Below, piece by piece: positions 51,950 through 64,000 of a DNA stretch of 64,000 nucleotides. This DNA comes from Octopus bimaculoides. Lineage: Eukaryota. The stretch's first letter is position 1, and every line of letters starts with the position of its first letter. The notes below the pieces were generated by a model. That model worked only from the letters and a program-made list of their open reading frames with translations. It had not been told where the DNA came from and did no database searches. The stretch is taken from positions 36,824,574 to 36,888,573 of the forward strand of contig NC_068991.1 of NCBI RefSeq assembly GCF_001194135.2, written 5' to 3'. The position numbers and the translations under genes are program-made.

Positions 51950-52320
51950 GTTGTTGGTTGCACCATGGCTCATCAAAAGTTACAAACAAGACCCCAAAAC
52001 CATCAGTTACCAGGTTCACCTTAAGTAACCTAATTTTGCAATATTAGGAAGTCACAGGAATTCATTCAACGAAAAAACAATTTCCAATGATTCTGGGATT
52101 GGGAGGGAACCCCTTACCTCATTTTTTCCGAACCAAAACAAGGGATTTGCAGCATATTAGGAGGTCAGGGTATTTGATTCCACGCAAAAAAATTTGCCTT
52201 ACTGCCCCTCTTGAGGTCGCAGATATTTTGATGTAACTTTTTTCTACTGAACCAAATCTCAAACTATTTATGCCAAAGTGTAGCTGAGGAGGTGTCCTCT
52301 TTAACACTATTAACAGTTTG
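51950..52320 (-). mobile_element. Possible Ty1/copia GAG-pre-integrase and integrase N-terminal relic
   Basis: Frameshifted minus-strand pieces TSSATLWHK / LRFGSVEKS / ICCKSLVL..K..GFP / LEIVFS / GFGVLFVTFDE follow the copia order LWHxRxGH..EK / CxxCxxGKxxRxPF / LELVHSD / GGxxYFVTFIDD. Confidence 0.35.
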
Positions 52321-52935
52321 CAATTTAGTTGAGAACTGAATTAGTGGTGAAGCTTGGAAGCTGCTGCGATTGACGAAATGGTGGACTTAAGAATATTTTC
52401 AACCACTACCGTGGTTGAATAATATAATGAAATATTTGCAAACTTATGAGAAGGAATAGAGAGAGATACTGAGTGATATTCTTGCATTGCTCATGAATTT
52501 TCAGAACGATTGAAATGAAGTGATTTCAGCTCTTTGCATAGGATACAATAACATACATGTTACGATGACAGATCGAATATCGGAAAGGGCAGGGTGAGAG
52601 TTTTACACACACTACATTTGAAAGTGCAACAGAGAGAAGAAAAGACCGAGAGAAATCAAGATAACACGAGGAATAAAGACATATCAGAATTGGATGGTGG
52701 AAGAAGAGACATAAAGAAGTAAATTGAGAGAGATGTAAACGAGTAGATAATTAAATATACACCCACAATGGTAAATGTAAAGACTGATATTTAGAGAGAA
52801 GCGAAACAGAGATGTTTACATAGGTGTGCGTGTGTAAATGAAAATAAAAAACGGAGAGAGGGAAAGGCTATGTGCGTGTACGTTTGCATATATATTGCAT
52901 GTATTCAATGTAGACATATATATATGTGTGCGTAT

Positions 52936-53019
<84 letters not shown>

Positions 53020-53187
53020 TCGCACGTACACATGGAAGCACTTATAATCTCGTATAAAATAACCAGTTTTTATTATCGGAAAGGAATTGTCCAAACCTGA
53101 TCTCAATAAGCGGCTTTTACTTTGTATGAATATGTGTGAATTATGGGAAGGGAGGGGGAGAGAAAGAGAGATAAAAAGAAGACGGTG

Positions 53188-53234
<47 letters not shown>

Positions 53235-54774
53235 GATGGTTGGGTGGATAGATAAATGTATGTATGTTGAATAATTTTGGAGAGAGAAGGCGATGGGTTG
53301 AGAAGGGGGCTAATATGATGAGAAATTGAGAAAGGAAAGAGTAAAGAAAAAGAGAAAGAGAGAAAGGAGAGGGAGAGATAGAGAGAGAAAAAAATTAACG
53401 TGGAAGTGATTAATAGGAGAATTAGTTTTCAGTAATTTACAGAAGTGACAAGGAAGCGGTGGTGAGAAACGAACCTTGATGTTTAGGATAGAAGGAAAAT
53501 AGAAAAGTGGGCGTTATTTAAAGACGAAACACTCAGAGGTAAAGGAAGAAAGAGGAATGAAAGAATATGGAGAAAGCGGACTCGAAAAGAGGAAGGACGG
53601 AGAAAAAAGTGAAGAAAATAGAAAAGAAAATGTTTAATCTGTCGTTTGATTTTTTTCTCTTTTTTTGACAGAGAAAAATATGAAAGTCTAAGAAAATAGA
53701 TGAATGAAAAAAATATANNNNNNNNNNNNNNNNNNNNNNNNNNNNNNNNNNNNNNNNNNNNNNNNNNNNNNNNNNNNNNNNNNNNNNNNNNNNNNNNNNN
53801 NNNNNNNNNNNNNNNNNNNNNNNNNNNNNNNNNNNNNNNNNNNNNNNNNNNNNNNNNNNNNNNNNNNNNNNNNNNNNNNNNNNNNNNNNNNNNNNNNNNN
53901 NNNNNNNNNNNNNNNNNNNNNNNNNNNNNNNNNNNNNNNNNNNNNNNNNNNNNNNNNNNNNNNNNNNNNNNNNNNNNNNNNNNNNNNNNNNNNNNNNNNN
54001 NNNNNNNNNNNNNNNNNNNNNNNNNNNNNNNNNNNNNNNNNNNNNNNNNNNNNNNNNNNNNNNNNNNNNNNNNNNNNNNNNNNNNNNNNNNNNNNNNNNN
54101 NNNNNNNNNNNNNNNNNNNNNNNNNNNNNNNNNNNNNNNNNNNNNNNNNNNNNNNNNNNNNNNNNNNNNNNNNNNNNNNNNNNNNNNNNNNNNNNNNNNN
54201 NNNNNNNNNNNNNNNNNNNNNNNNNNNNNNNNNNNNNNNNNNNNNNNNNNNNNNNNNNNNNNNNNNNNNNNNNNNNNNNNNNNNNNNNNNNNNNNNNNNN
54301 NNNNNNNNNNNNNNNNNNNNNNNNNNNNNNNNNNNNNNNNNNNNNNNNNNNNNNNNNNNNNNNNNNNNNNNNNNNNNNNNNNNNNNATATATATATATAT
54401 ATATATATATATAAACAAGTATATGTGAATACAATTGTACGCTTATATGTGTCTATATATATATGGTAGGTAAGAAGATTCATACAAGTGTATTATACAT
54501 GTGTGCAGCCAAATATATGCATCCATATATCTATGAATTCTTTATGTATATATATATGTGTATGTGCATGTGTGCGTTTGTGTGTTTGCTTGTTTCTAAA
54601 CTTATGAAAGTGCAGCGTTAGGGTCGAGGAGGGGAGAACGAAGTGTTGTTGCTGAGTGGAGTTGAGTGGAGTGGCATAGAGTGAGTGCGGTATAACGGAG
54701 TGGAATGCAGGACGCGGATGGGGTGGAAGAGAGAATAAAGGAAAGGTGGTTGTAGAGTATCGTTTTTCAGAAAC

Positions 54775-54870
54775 AGACCAATTAAGCATTTGCTGATGAT
54801 ATTGGCACTTTTAACGAAATAGCACAATAATTGGAGCTTCAAAGCTCTACCACGCTTCGGTGAACATATA
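54775..54870 (+). mobile_element. Small non-LTR reverse-transcriptase fragment (RTE-like)
   Basis: AFADDIGTFNEIAQ contains the (Y/F)ADD catalytic motif; very short. Confidence 0.35.
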
Positions 54871-54965
54871 ACGACTTTTTCTGTAAAAACAAAAAGATAA
54901 ATGAAGGATTAAAAATATATAAATAATAATAATGCTAAACAGTAGTTGTTGTTGCTATTGCAATA

Positions 54966-55346
<381 letters not shown>

Positions 55347-55499
55347 GTTATACTTTCTTTATTGTCTTTTCTTTATTAGCTGATGGTTTCAAGCATAAAC
55401 GTAGCACTGCTGCAAAACTCTTAAACTCTGTATGAGCCGAAATTTTTTAATAACTTATATTTTGATTGCACCATTCTTCAGCAGAGCTGCTACTCCCAT

Positions 55500-56085
55500 T
55501 CTTCTGTCAGTTGCAGCAGACGTTGTCCGCCCATACGCCAATAAACACGTTTGGCACATATATACGAAGCTCGAAAGTTGGAACATTCAAGCTTCTCGCT
55601 AACTATATCTCAGCTGCTGTTATCGGCTTTTCACAGTTTTTGTCAACCGAGAGTCAGGACAGATGATTGATTAAGGTAGGCATTAAAGTCTGCTACGTTC
55701 TCTGATTCACCTTCACTGTGAACATTTGAGCAAAATTCTATAGGAAAGTCGCACACGCCTGCGATTTTGCCGCCTCATTGCTCTGCGACGCGTGTCCAAC
55801 AAACGGCTTTAGATCCACGTGACAAAGAGCACCACCTTTAACTTTGAGGCTCTTTTCCCCTGGGTTTTGGCCGACACACAGTGATACACCACCATCTTCC
55901 AGGCTGTCACTGTCAAAATCTCAGCTGGGAGAGCACTTGTGCTCTCTTACGCATTCACTTTCAAAAGTTGTGCCACTTGGGTAAGGTCTACCTTCTTGTC
56001 CTTTAGGGAAAGTGACAAATGTTGTGTTGATTACGCCTCCATCTCAACAAGAACTTACCTGCCCGTGAAGTTGCAGCCGCCACGT
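55500..56085 (-). mobile_element. Highly decayed RTE-clade LINE 3' region
   Basis: Minus-strand WRLQLHGQVSSC*DGGV..., GRP...ESECVRE and DFDSDSLED, then a FVYMCQTC-like piece, parallel the RTE order RLRWLGHV.RM.DGR / GRP..R.KD.CKRD / ID..SWEDLA / C..C. Confidence 0.45.
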
Positions 56086-56328
56086 TTTCGTTGTTATTCT
56101 CGATGTTGTTGCTGTTACCGCGATTACTACTTTTGTTGCTACTGTTCTTGTTGTTATTGCTGCTGTAGATGTCACATTTTTATAACTGCTACAATTGCTA
56201 TTGCTCCTGTCATTAAAGACGATGTCATTACTATTGCTGTTATTAGCGTTGCTGTTCTTTCTCTTTGTACAACCTTGTAGTGGTATGATATCTTCCTGAC
56301 ACCTTTTCGTTGGATCTGGTGTTGGTCG
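56059..56328 (-). CDS. Candidate 270-nt phase 0-0 internal exon, product unknown
   Basis: Pyrimidine-rich acceptor ending ...gaaattatAG and a perfect donor CAG|GTAAGT. Only one frame is open: RPTPDPTKRCQEDIIPLQGCTKRKNSNANNSNSND...TTKTWRLQLHGQ. Largely low-complexity and overlaps an RTE relic. Confidence 0.3.
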
Positions 56329-56612
56329 CTATAATTTCAAACAGACCAAATAAAAACAGATGAAAGAAAATAAATGTTGCGAAAATTGTGCCCTTTAGAG
56401 CACAATTTAGCAGTTACCCACCTTTCATCCAATCAAGTAAGATCTTTATTTCAAGTTTTAACAAACACTTACTCATAGGCATCTAACAATTTTTCCCTCG
56501 CCCACAAATATTAGCACTTGAACATATCACTTGTGTATATGTGCATGTGTGTATGTATACACACGCACGTGCGCGCGCGCACACACACAAGCTAACACAT
56601 AAGTATACATAC

Positions 56613-56643
<31 letters not shown>

Positions 56644-57858
56644 NNNNNNNNNNNNNNNNNNNNNNNNNNNNNNNNNNNNNNNNNNNNNNNNNNNNNNNNN
56701 NNNNNNNNNNNNNNNNNNNNNNNNNNNNNNNNNNNNNNNNNNNNNNNNNNNNNNNNNNNNNNNNNNNNNNNNNNNNNNNNNNNNNNNNNNNNNNNNNNNN
56801 NNNNNNNNNNNNNNNNNNNNNNNNNNNNNNNNNNNNNNNNNNNNNNNNNNNNNNNNNNNNNNNNNNNNNATATATATATATATATATAAGAAGATAAGAA
56901 AATAGAGAGATAATTAATATTAATTATTTATTAATTAAAACATTAGACATCATCTCTGACAGCCGTTTCGATTTAGAAATGAATTACCATAATTAGAATC
57001 ATTTAAGTCGAATCTCATCACAGTTGGCTAAAGATATACAATTAGGTGTTCATATTCCTGCTTGTTGAGTACACAGCTCCACACCGTTAATATATACATG
57101 AGAGGCTTTGATATTCAGAAGACCCAAAATGCAGGTAAGACTATGTAAGTGCTACGGAAGGACTGCTGTTAGACTCCCGGTTCGATAATAGTATGAGTGA
57201 GGAATATAACGCAGTCGTGTGTGAGAGTATAACATCCAACATATATTGTTGAAATTAGTGTTTATAAGGTGAAACTCACTATCGGAAGATATTTGGAGTT
57301 ACTTTCGGCGAAACTTGACGAATAATCAATCGATAACAAGTGCAAAAGTAACAATATATTTGCAAAATGAGTAGAATATTATTTGAGTGTAACTAAATTG
57401 AAAGAACGAATCCAAGAGAAAAGTCAGAAAAAAATCAGTATATGACGGTTTTATTGTATTTTCATTGCTTAAGATAATAAACATTACATCTTTAAAAATA
57501 TCGTGTGATACTATGAAACGATGTTGTTATTGTGTGCAATTCATAGATTAAATGAAATATTATACTTTTCCTGTTATTTATTCTTCACTAATATTGTTAC
57601 TTTTTTTATTGGTTTGTTTTCCCGTGACCTTATTTTCAGTCAGTGTATGAACATATCTGATTCAAAACATTTGAACAACTCATTCATTTTGACACTCTAT
57701 AAATTAATTGCGTTCGCTAAAAGACTTTTTAAAGATAACGTTGTTTCTAACAAGTGAAGTAACAACTAATTTGTCATGTTTTAGAAATTAGATCTCATAC
57801 TAATACACAGGGGCTTCATAAAGTTTCGTCGAATTAGGGAAAGAAAAAACAAATTAAT

Positions 57859-57987
57859 GCGTGGCTGTATGGTAGGAAGCTTGCTTTACAACCATATAGT
57901 TCCGGGTTTAGTCCCATGACCTTGAGCTGACCAAAGCCTTGTGAGTGGATTCAGTAGTTGGAAACTGAAAGAAGCTCGTCGTATATA
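57859..57987 (+). mobile_element. SINE family B, internally deleted
   Basis: gcgtggctgtatggtaggaagcttgctttacaacc...aaagccttgtgagtggattc...gaaactgaaagaagctcgtcg. Confidence 0.8.
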
Positions 57988-58364
57988 TGCATGTGTGTGT
58001 GTGCGTGTGTGTATGCATATGTGCGTACGTGTGTGAATGTGTGTGAATGTGTGTGTGTGTGTGTGTGTGTTCCAGGCCGATAGAACAAGTACCTGGTTTG
58101 ACAATAAAAAGTACTGGTGTCGATTCATTCGACAAAAAATTCTTCAAGGTGATGTCTCAGCATGGCTGCAGTCAGATGACTGGAGCAAGAGAAAGATAAA
58201 AGATAGAATGATTTTCATAGGAATAATTTCTTATATAGAAAATAACGAGGATCAAGGAATGAGAGATTGTGGTTGTTATTGGTGTTGCTTTTCGAAACAG
58301 GTCAGCTCGAATTCATTCCAACCGTGAGTAATTAGTCCTTTTCCTAGAGATAGCATATCTCACA

Positions 58365-58985
58365 TCATGAGGACGGAATCGTTAGACTGCATCGGAAAAA
58401 TGATTAGCGGCATTTCTTCTGGTTCTTTATGTTCTGATTTCAACTCCCAATGTGGTCAACTTTACCTTTACGCCACTTGGTGTCGCAAAAATAAAGTCCC
58501 GCTCACATACTGGGGTCGATGTTATGAACAAACCCCTCCCTTCAAAATTGTTACTTTTGGGCCAACATAAGAAAACAACATTTAGTTAGGGAGCTAGTTT
58601 TGGCAGAATAGTTGGAGCATCGGAAAAAAATGCCTTTCCAAACTTGCTCTGGCACTGTTTTTAATTTTAATTTTTACTTTGTGAGTTCAAATCTCGTCGA
58701 GGTAACTTCGCCGTTCGGAGTCGATAAAGTATTAGATTAGTAATAGGATCGATGGCATTGGTTTACTCTTCCCACGAAAGTTGATGGCTTTGATTTCAAT
58801 TAGAAGCTTGGAACATCCTGAACTAGCAGGACAAAAATGCCGAGTAGCATTTCGTCTCTTTATACATTCTGAGTTCAAATTCCGCCGAGATCGACTTTGC
58901 CTTTCATCCCCTTGAAGCAGGGGGTCAATGTAATCAACTCTCCCCACAAATTTCAAGCCTTGTGCTTATTGTAGAAAGGATTATT
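58365..58985 (+). mobile_element. Three consecutive degenerate family A SINE copies
   Basis: Repeated head, gttc(tg)agttcaaa and ggggtcgat modules at about 58370-58570, 58592-58805 and 58822-58980. Confidence 0.75.
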
Positions 58986-59386
58986 ATTATGTTTTCTATT
59001 GAAAATCCTGCTGTCAGTGGCTTTATCTTTCATCTTTTCGGAGACGATTAAATATCAGTGAAGTTCTGGATCCCTCTTAAACGACAGTCGCTTATTCGCT
59101 GCCGCCACCCAATGTTTTGCCTTGTACCACTGCTATAAATCATTATATACATAGAATATCAAACAGTATACGTTTGTAAACAACATTCCTTGTGGAAGAG
59201 AGGTGAAAATTATCAAAGGAACTGCCGACAGGAATCGAACCTAACATGTTTGTCTGTACGTTCCTTCTTAAACTGTTATTTACATATCTATATCGTTTAA
59301 TATTGTTTGCGCAGACTCTCTCTAGCCACTGATTCACTCACTCATTTAATCAAATACGCGCGCGCACACACACACACACAGACACA

Positions 59387-59442
<56 letters not shown>

Positions 59443-59798
59443 NNNNNNNNNNNNNNNNNNNNNNNNNNNNNNNNNNNNNNNNNNNNNNNNNNNNNNNNNN
59501 NNNNNNNNNNNNNNNNNNNNNNNNNNNNNNNNNNNNNNNNNNNNNNNNNNNNNNNNNATATACACACGAATGCATGTATGTAAGTATGTATGTATCTGTC
59601 GAAAAGTATATATTTCCATGTCAAACTCAGGTAATATTTGCTTGTATAAGCAATGTTTAAAGATCGCCCGTAACACGTTTCGATGGAAACTATTTAAAGC
59701 TATTTGTCTATGTATGTCAATATATACCTATATAATTGTGCGTGTGTGTGTGTGCGTGTGTGCGTGCGCGTGTGCGTGTGTGTGCGTGTGTTTGCGTG

Positions 59799-59841
<43 letters not shown>

Positions 59842-60024
59842 GCGTACACCATTATATGATGTACGTGTTTGAATAGTCAGTGTTTCATCAAAGCCACTGG
59901 GATATAAACATGTACTTGTTGAAACGTTTATGTCTGGTTTTAAAGCCAAATGTCGACACTGAACTACTGGTCAGTTTTCTGACCGACATTTTACAAAAGA
60001 CGATAGGTACACACGCACGCACAT

Positions 60025-60069
<45 letters not shown>

Positions 60070-60932
60070 TGAATGCATATGTGTGTGTGTGTATTGGTAT
60101 TATTGATGCACGAATATATGTATATATAAGTATATATGTATATATAGTATATATATAAGTATATATGTATATATAAGTATATATAAGTATATATAAGTAT
60201 ATATATATAAGTATATATGTATATACATATGTATGTTTGTATGAACGCATACATACATACACACACACACATTCACACACACACACGCGCACAGACACAC
60301 ACACACACATATATATATATACATACGCATAAATATATACAGGCCAACGTACGTACATGCATACCTGCTTGCATACTTTTTTGCTTATTACTATGCTATA
60401 AATACCTTAAATTTTCAACAATGTCGCGTTAGAAATAAGGTGTGTTGTATTTGCTGAGATATCTGCTCAGGTTATTTCTTCTACTCCCATACTCGATGGT
60501 CATTCACATTTTAAGAAACAGTCATTTACTCTATATCCACTCTTCAAATATCAATTTGTATATCATACTCAATGTAGATACATCGTTGAAAGCCCGTTTA
60601 AGTACTAAAAGAAGTATTGAAATATATTTCAGCAGCGGACGAAAATCGTCCAGCAGCGGTTGTGACATTGCTAAATATGTATTTCTCCTTCTTTGAGGTT
60701 CGTCAGTAGCTAGTATACACTAGCACCACCCACTAAGAGAAAATCAGCCACTATAGTGTTGTTGTTTTTTAACAATGTATGTCTATGAGAGATGCTTTCT
60801 CGAGATGAGTACCACAGTTTAGCAGGTTTTCAACGATATATCTGCTTTAAGCAGTCTGCTGTTATGAAGTAGTAGTGCTTCTGTCGCTAATAACGAACTC
60901 TTCAAATATGAATACATTTTGATACCACACAG

Positions 60933-60972
<40 letters not shown>

Positions 60973-60982
60973 NNNNNNNNNN

Positions 60983-61024
<42 letters not shown>

Positions 61025-63069
61025 AACGCACGCACATAATCAAACATACATATACTTACATATATTCACAAACAGCTCGTGATAGAAACCAATTGTCAAC
61101 AAAATGCTCTTGAACTGACTATTGTTATGTGGTATGCATTAAAGAAAACAGGACTAAATGTCATATTCAGATATGTTATCTTTAATTGTTGAATGGTTTT
61201 CAAATTGCCTTTGCATGATTGATTTCCACATTTAATCGATAGATTAGTGAATGGGGAAATCAGTGTTCAAGAATAAGAGAATGAGTTTTAAAGGATGTGA
61301 CCGAATAGTGAATTTCGCTGGTCAGTCTTGAAGTTCAGTTACACTATATTACAGGTAGGTGCAAAACCGGTTAAAGGGACCGGCAGCTCATGCAGAAAAC
61401 GAGAAACCAAATGCTCGCATACATCATGTCGTATATTTGAGATCTTTGATGCACAAACAGAAAAATGTGAAATTTAAAAAAATAGAAAAAAGTTATCTTT
61501 TTATTTTCGTCTTTTATTCCTGCATCTGTTGGTTTTACTCCCTGACAGAATTTTAAAACAGTATACTTCTAAGGACGCTGGAGTTCATCCAGGTCGCCAA
61601 CAACAGTTAGTTACGACCCTGGGTAACTTTCTCTTACCGCAATCACTGATTAATACAAATTTTGAGAGTGAGATTTGGTTAACGGAAACTGTACGGAAGC
61701 CCGGCTGATTGTACTTGTAAGTGAAAGGACCTACCATGCCACACACACACACACACACACTCTCTCTCTCTCTCTCTCTTTGTTCTCCATGTCTCCCACT
61801 CTCTCTCTTTATCTTTCTCTTCCTGTCCTCCACTCCCTCTCTGTCTTTCTCTCTCTCTCTCCCCTCTCTCTCTGAAACTGCCTGAGGTTTAAGTTAACCA
61901 ATATGTCTTCCAACAACAATCATCTATTTCACCTACTCATTACACCTATTCGTTTGAAAGATGAATTAAGCAGATGATTAAATGACTTTTGTGGATTGTA
62001 TTGCCTTTAACGGGATATGAAGCATCCCTCGTTTAGCTGGTAAACCGATTATATATTAGATTCATTCAGGTAGGGTGACACTACAAATAATTGAATAAAT
62101 GAGAGAGAATGTAAGAGAAAAAACAGGGAGGCAGAATGAATGAATGAATAAATAAATGAATGAATGAACGAACGAATGAATGAATGAATGAATGGAAAGA
62201 AAAAGGACAGAGAAATGTTAGAAAACAATGTAAACAAACAAGAAAAAAGCAACAATGGAAAATTTCTTTTTCTTTTTATTGTCGAGCCTTTCAAGTCTTT
62301 ATTAAATCAAAGTCGGTGTTTTTGAAGTCAATTTATTTAAGTTACTTGTCTTTTTTTATTGTTTGTAGGCATGCTAGAGAGCACACATCGGGGCGTATGT
62401 ATGTGTATGTATATGACATTGGTGTGTGTGTGTGTGTGTGTGCGTGCTTGCGTGCGTGTATGTGTGTGCATGCGTGCGTCTGTGTGTATGTGCGCGCGCG
62501 TGTTTTAAACCATTTAGCGTTTCTTTAAGGTATTTTTTCAACCATTTTAATTGAAGATTTCATTAGGGTCTGCATTTGTCGGAAAATTTCAGCAATTGAA
62601 TGATATCTTTGATACATAATTCAAGAGNNNNNNNNNNNNNNNNNNNNNNNNNNNNNNNNNNNNNNNNNNNNNNNNNNNNNNNNNNNNNNNNNNNNNNNNN
62701 NNNNNNNNNNNNNNNNNNNNNNNNNNNNNNNNNNNNNNNNNNNNNNNNNNNNNNNNNNNNNNNNNNNNNNNNNNNNNNNNNNNNNNNNNNNNNNNNNNNN
62801 NNNNNNNNNNNNNNNNNNNNNNNNNNNNNNNNNNNNNNNNNNNNNNNNNNNNNNNNNNNNNNNNNNNNNNNNNNNNNNNNNNNNNNNNNNNNNNNNNNNN
62901 NNNNNNNNNACACATACATATGTGTGTAGGCATACATGTGCATACATACAAGCAGGCATAGATTTGATGGTGTTGAGCCTCGTTTGTGTAATCAATAACG
63001 CAGTTGTCCGGCAAATGAATGAAGTTTCAAGTCCAGTGTGCAGATATTCCATTTTTTTTTCTACTCAAG

Positions 63070-63253
63070 GACCGAAATTTTTTTTTGGGGGGGGGAAGTC
63101 GATTAGATCGCAACTGGTACTTAAATTATCGACTTCGAAAAGATGAAAGGCAAAGTCGACCTCGGCGGAATTTGAACTTAGAACGTACAAGACAGACGAA
63201 ATACCGCTAAGCATTTCGCCGGCGTGCTAACGTTTCTGCCAGCTCGCCGCCTT
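63070..63253 (-). mobile_element. SINE family A, close to consensus
   Basis: Reverse complement ending in ttctgccagctcgccgcctt. Confidence 0.9.
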
Positions 63254-63298
63254 ATGTTCCTTTTTATTCTGCCTTAGGCCTTTACCTCTGACTGTTTG

Positions 63299-63349
<51 letters not shown>

Positions 63350-63411
63350 GTCTGTCTGTCTGTCTGTCTATCCATTTATCTGTCTGTCTGTCTGTCGCTC
63401 TGTCTATCTAT

Positions 63412-63442
<31 letters not shown>

Positions 63443-63650
63443 ACTATCTATCTCTCAATCTCTCTCTTTATTGCTCTCTCTCTCTCTCCACACACACGCC
63501 ACACACACAAACACACACACACACACTCACACACACACACACTCATAATAATGTTCGTTCTCTCGTTATACATTAGTTACTTAGAATGGTGGAGGCGTAG
63601 TGAATGAGAAGTGGGTTAAAAGTGAGAGAGAGGAAGGAGTGAGTAGAGAA

Positions 63651-63774
63651 TTAAGTCGATTACATCGACACCAGTGCGTAACTGGTACTTAATTTATCGA
63701 CCCCGAAAGGAATAAAGGCAAAGTCGACCTCGGCGGAATTTGAACTGAGAACGTAATGGCAGACGAAACACCGC
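63651..63774 (-). mobile_element. SINE family A with its head replaced by another element
   Basis: The consensus match stops at ...gacgaaacaccgc, then unrelated sequence follows. Confidence 0.8.
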
Positions 63775-64000
63775 GGATCTTTTTTAAAACGGGGGCCACA
63801 TTTTTCATTAATGTTTTACGTAGTGTTTTTGGTACCGAAAGACTTTCAAACTTCGTATACTTATCTATTTTGTGTTATAGAACAGAAAAATATTTTTGTA
63901 TTCGAATTTATTTCATGTAAAAAATTGTCATATTTCGATAATTTCAACCAATCACTGACAAGTATTCAGTTGTTTACATTTACTCCTTGGCTGATTAAGC
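63773..64000. mobile_element. Probable end of a DNA-transposon/MITE that interrupts the SINE; runs off the window
   Basis: Abrupt junction to gcggatctttttttaaaacgggggccac..., which looks like a terminal repeat. The second end is not visible. Confidence 0.35.

Overview
AT-rich, repeat-dense eukaryotic DNA with 23 N-gaps (about 8.7 kb in total) that mostly fall at microsatellites. The SINE families and microsatellite load point to a coleoid cephalopod, probably Octopus; this is inferred from repeat recognition, not from a search. No intact, recognisable protein-coding gene, rRNA, tRNA gene or CRISPR array was found, and nearly all supplied ORFs are microsatellite or N-gap artefacts. The window reads as intronic or intergenic DNA layered with transposon relics: about 25 tRNA-derived SINE copies; several restriction-like-endonuclease (R4/Dong-type) LINE relics; CR1/L2-like and RTE-like LINE ends; a non-autonomous Helitron; full-length but decayed mariner and maT-type Tc1/mariner elements; a hAT MITE; palindromic/foldback elements; and a possible copia relic. 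The most interesting pattern is two R4/Dong-like lineages sitting in different microsatellites: one is flanked by (TAA)n, as known for Dong, and the other by (CATA)n in three copies, suggesting (CATA)n-targeted retrotransposition. Other leads are long hairpin-forming inverted repeats, a 435-bp local duplication, a CpG-rich promoter-like island, and a few low-confidence candidate exons that could not be assigned to a gene.
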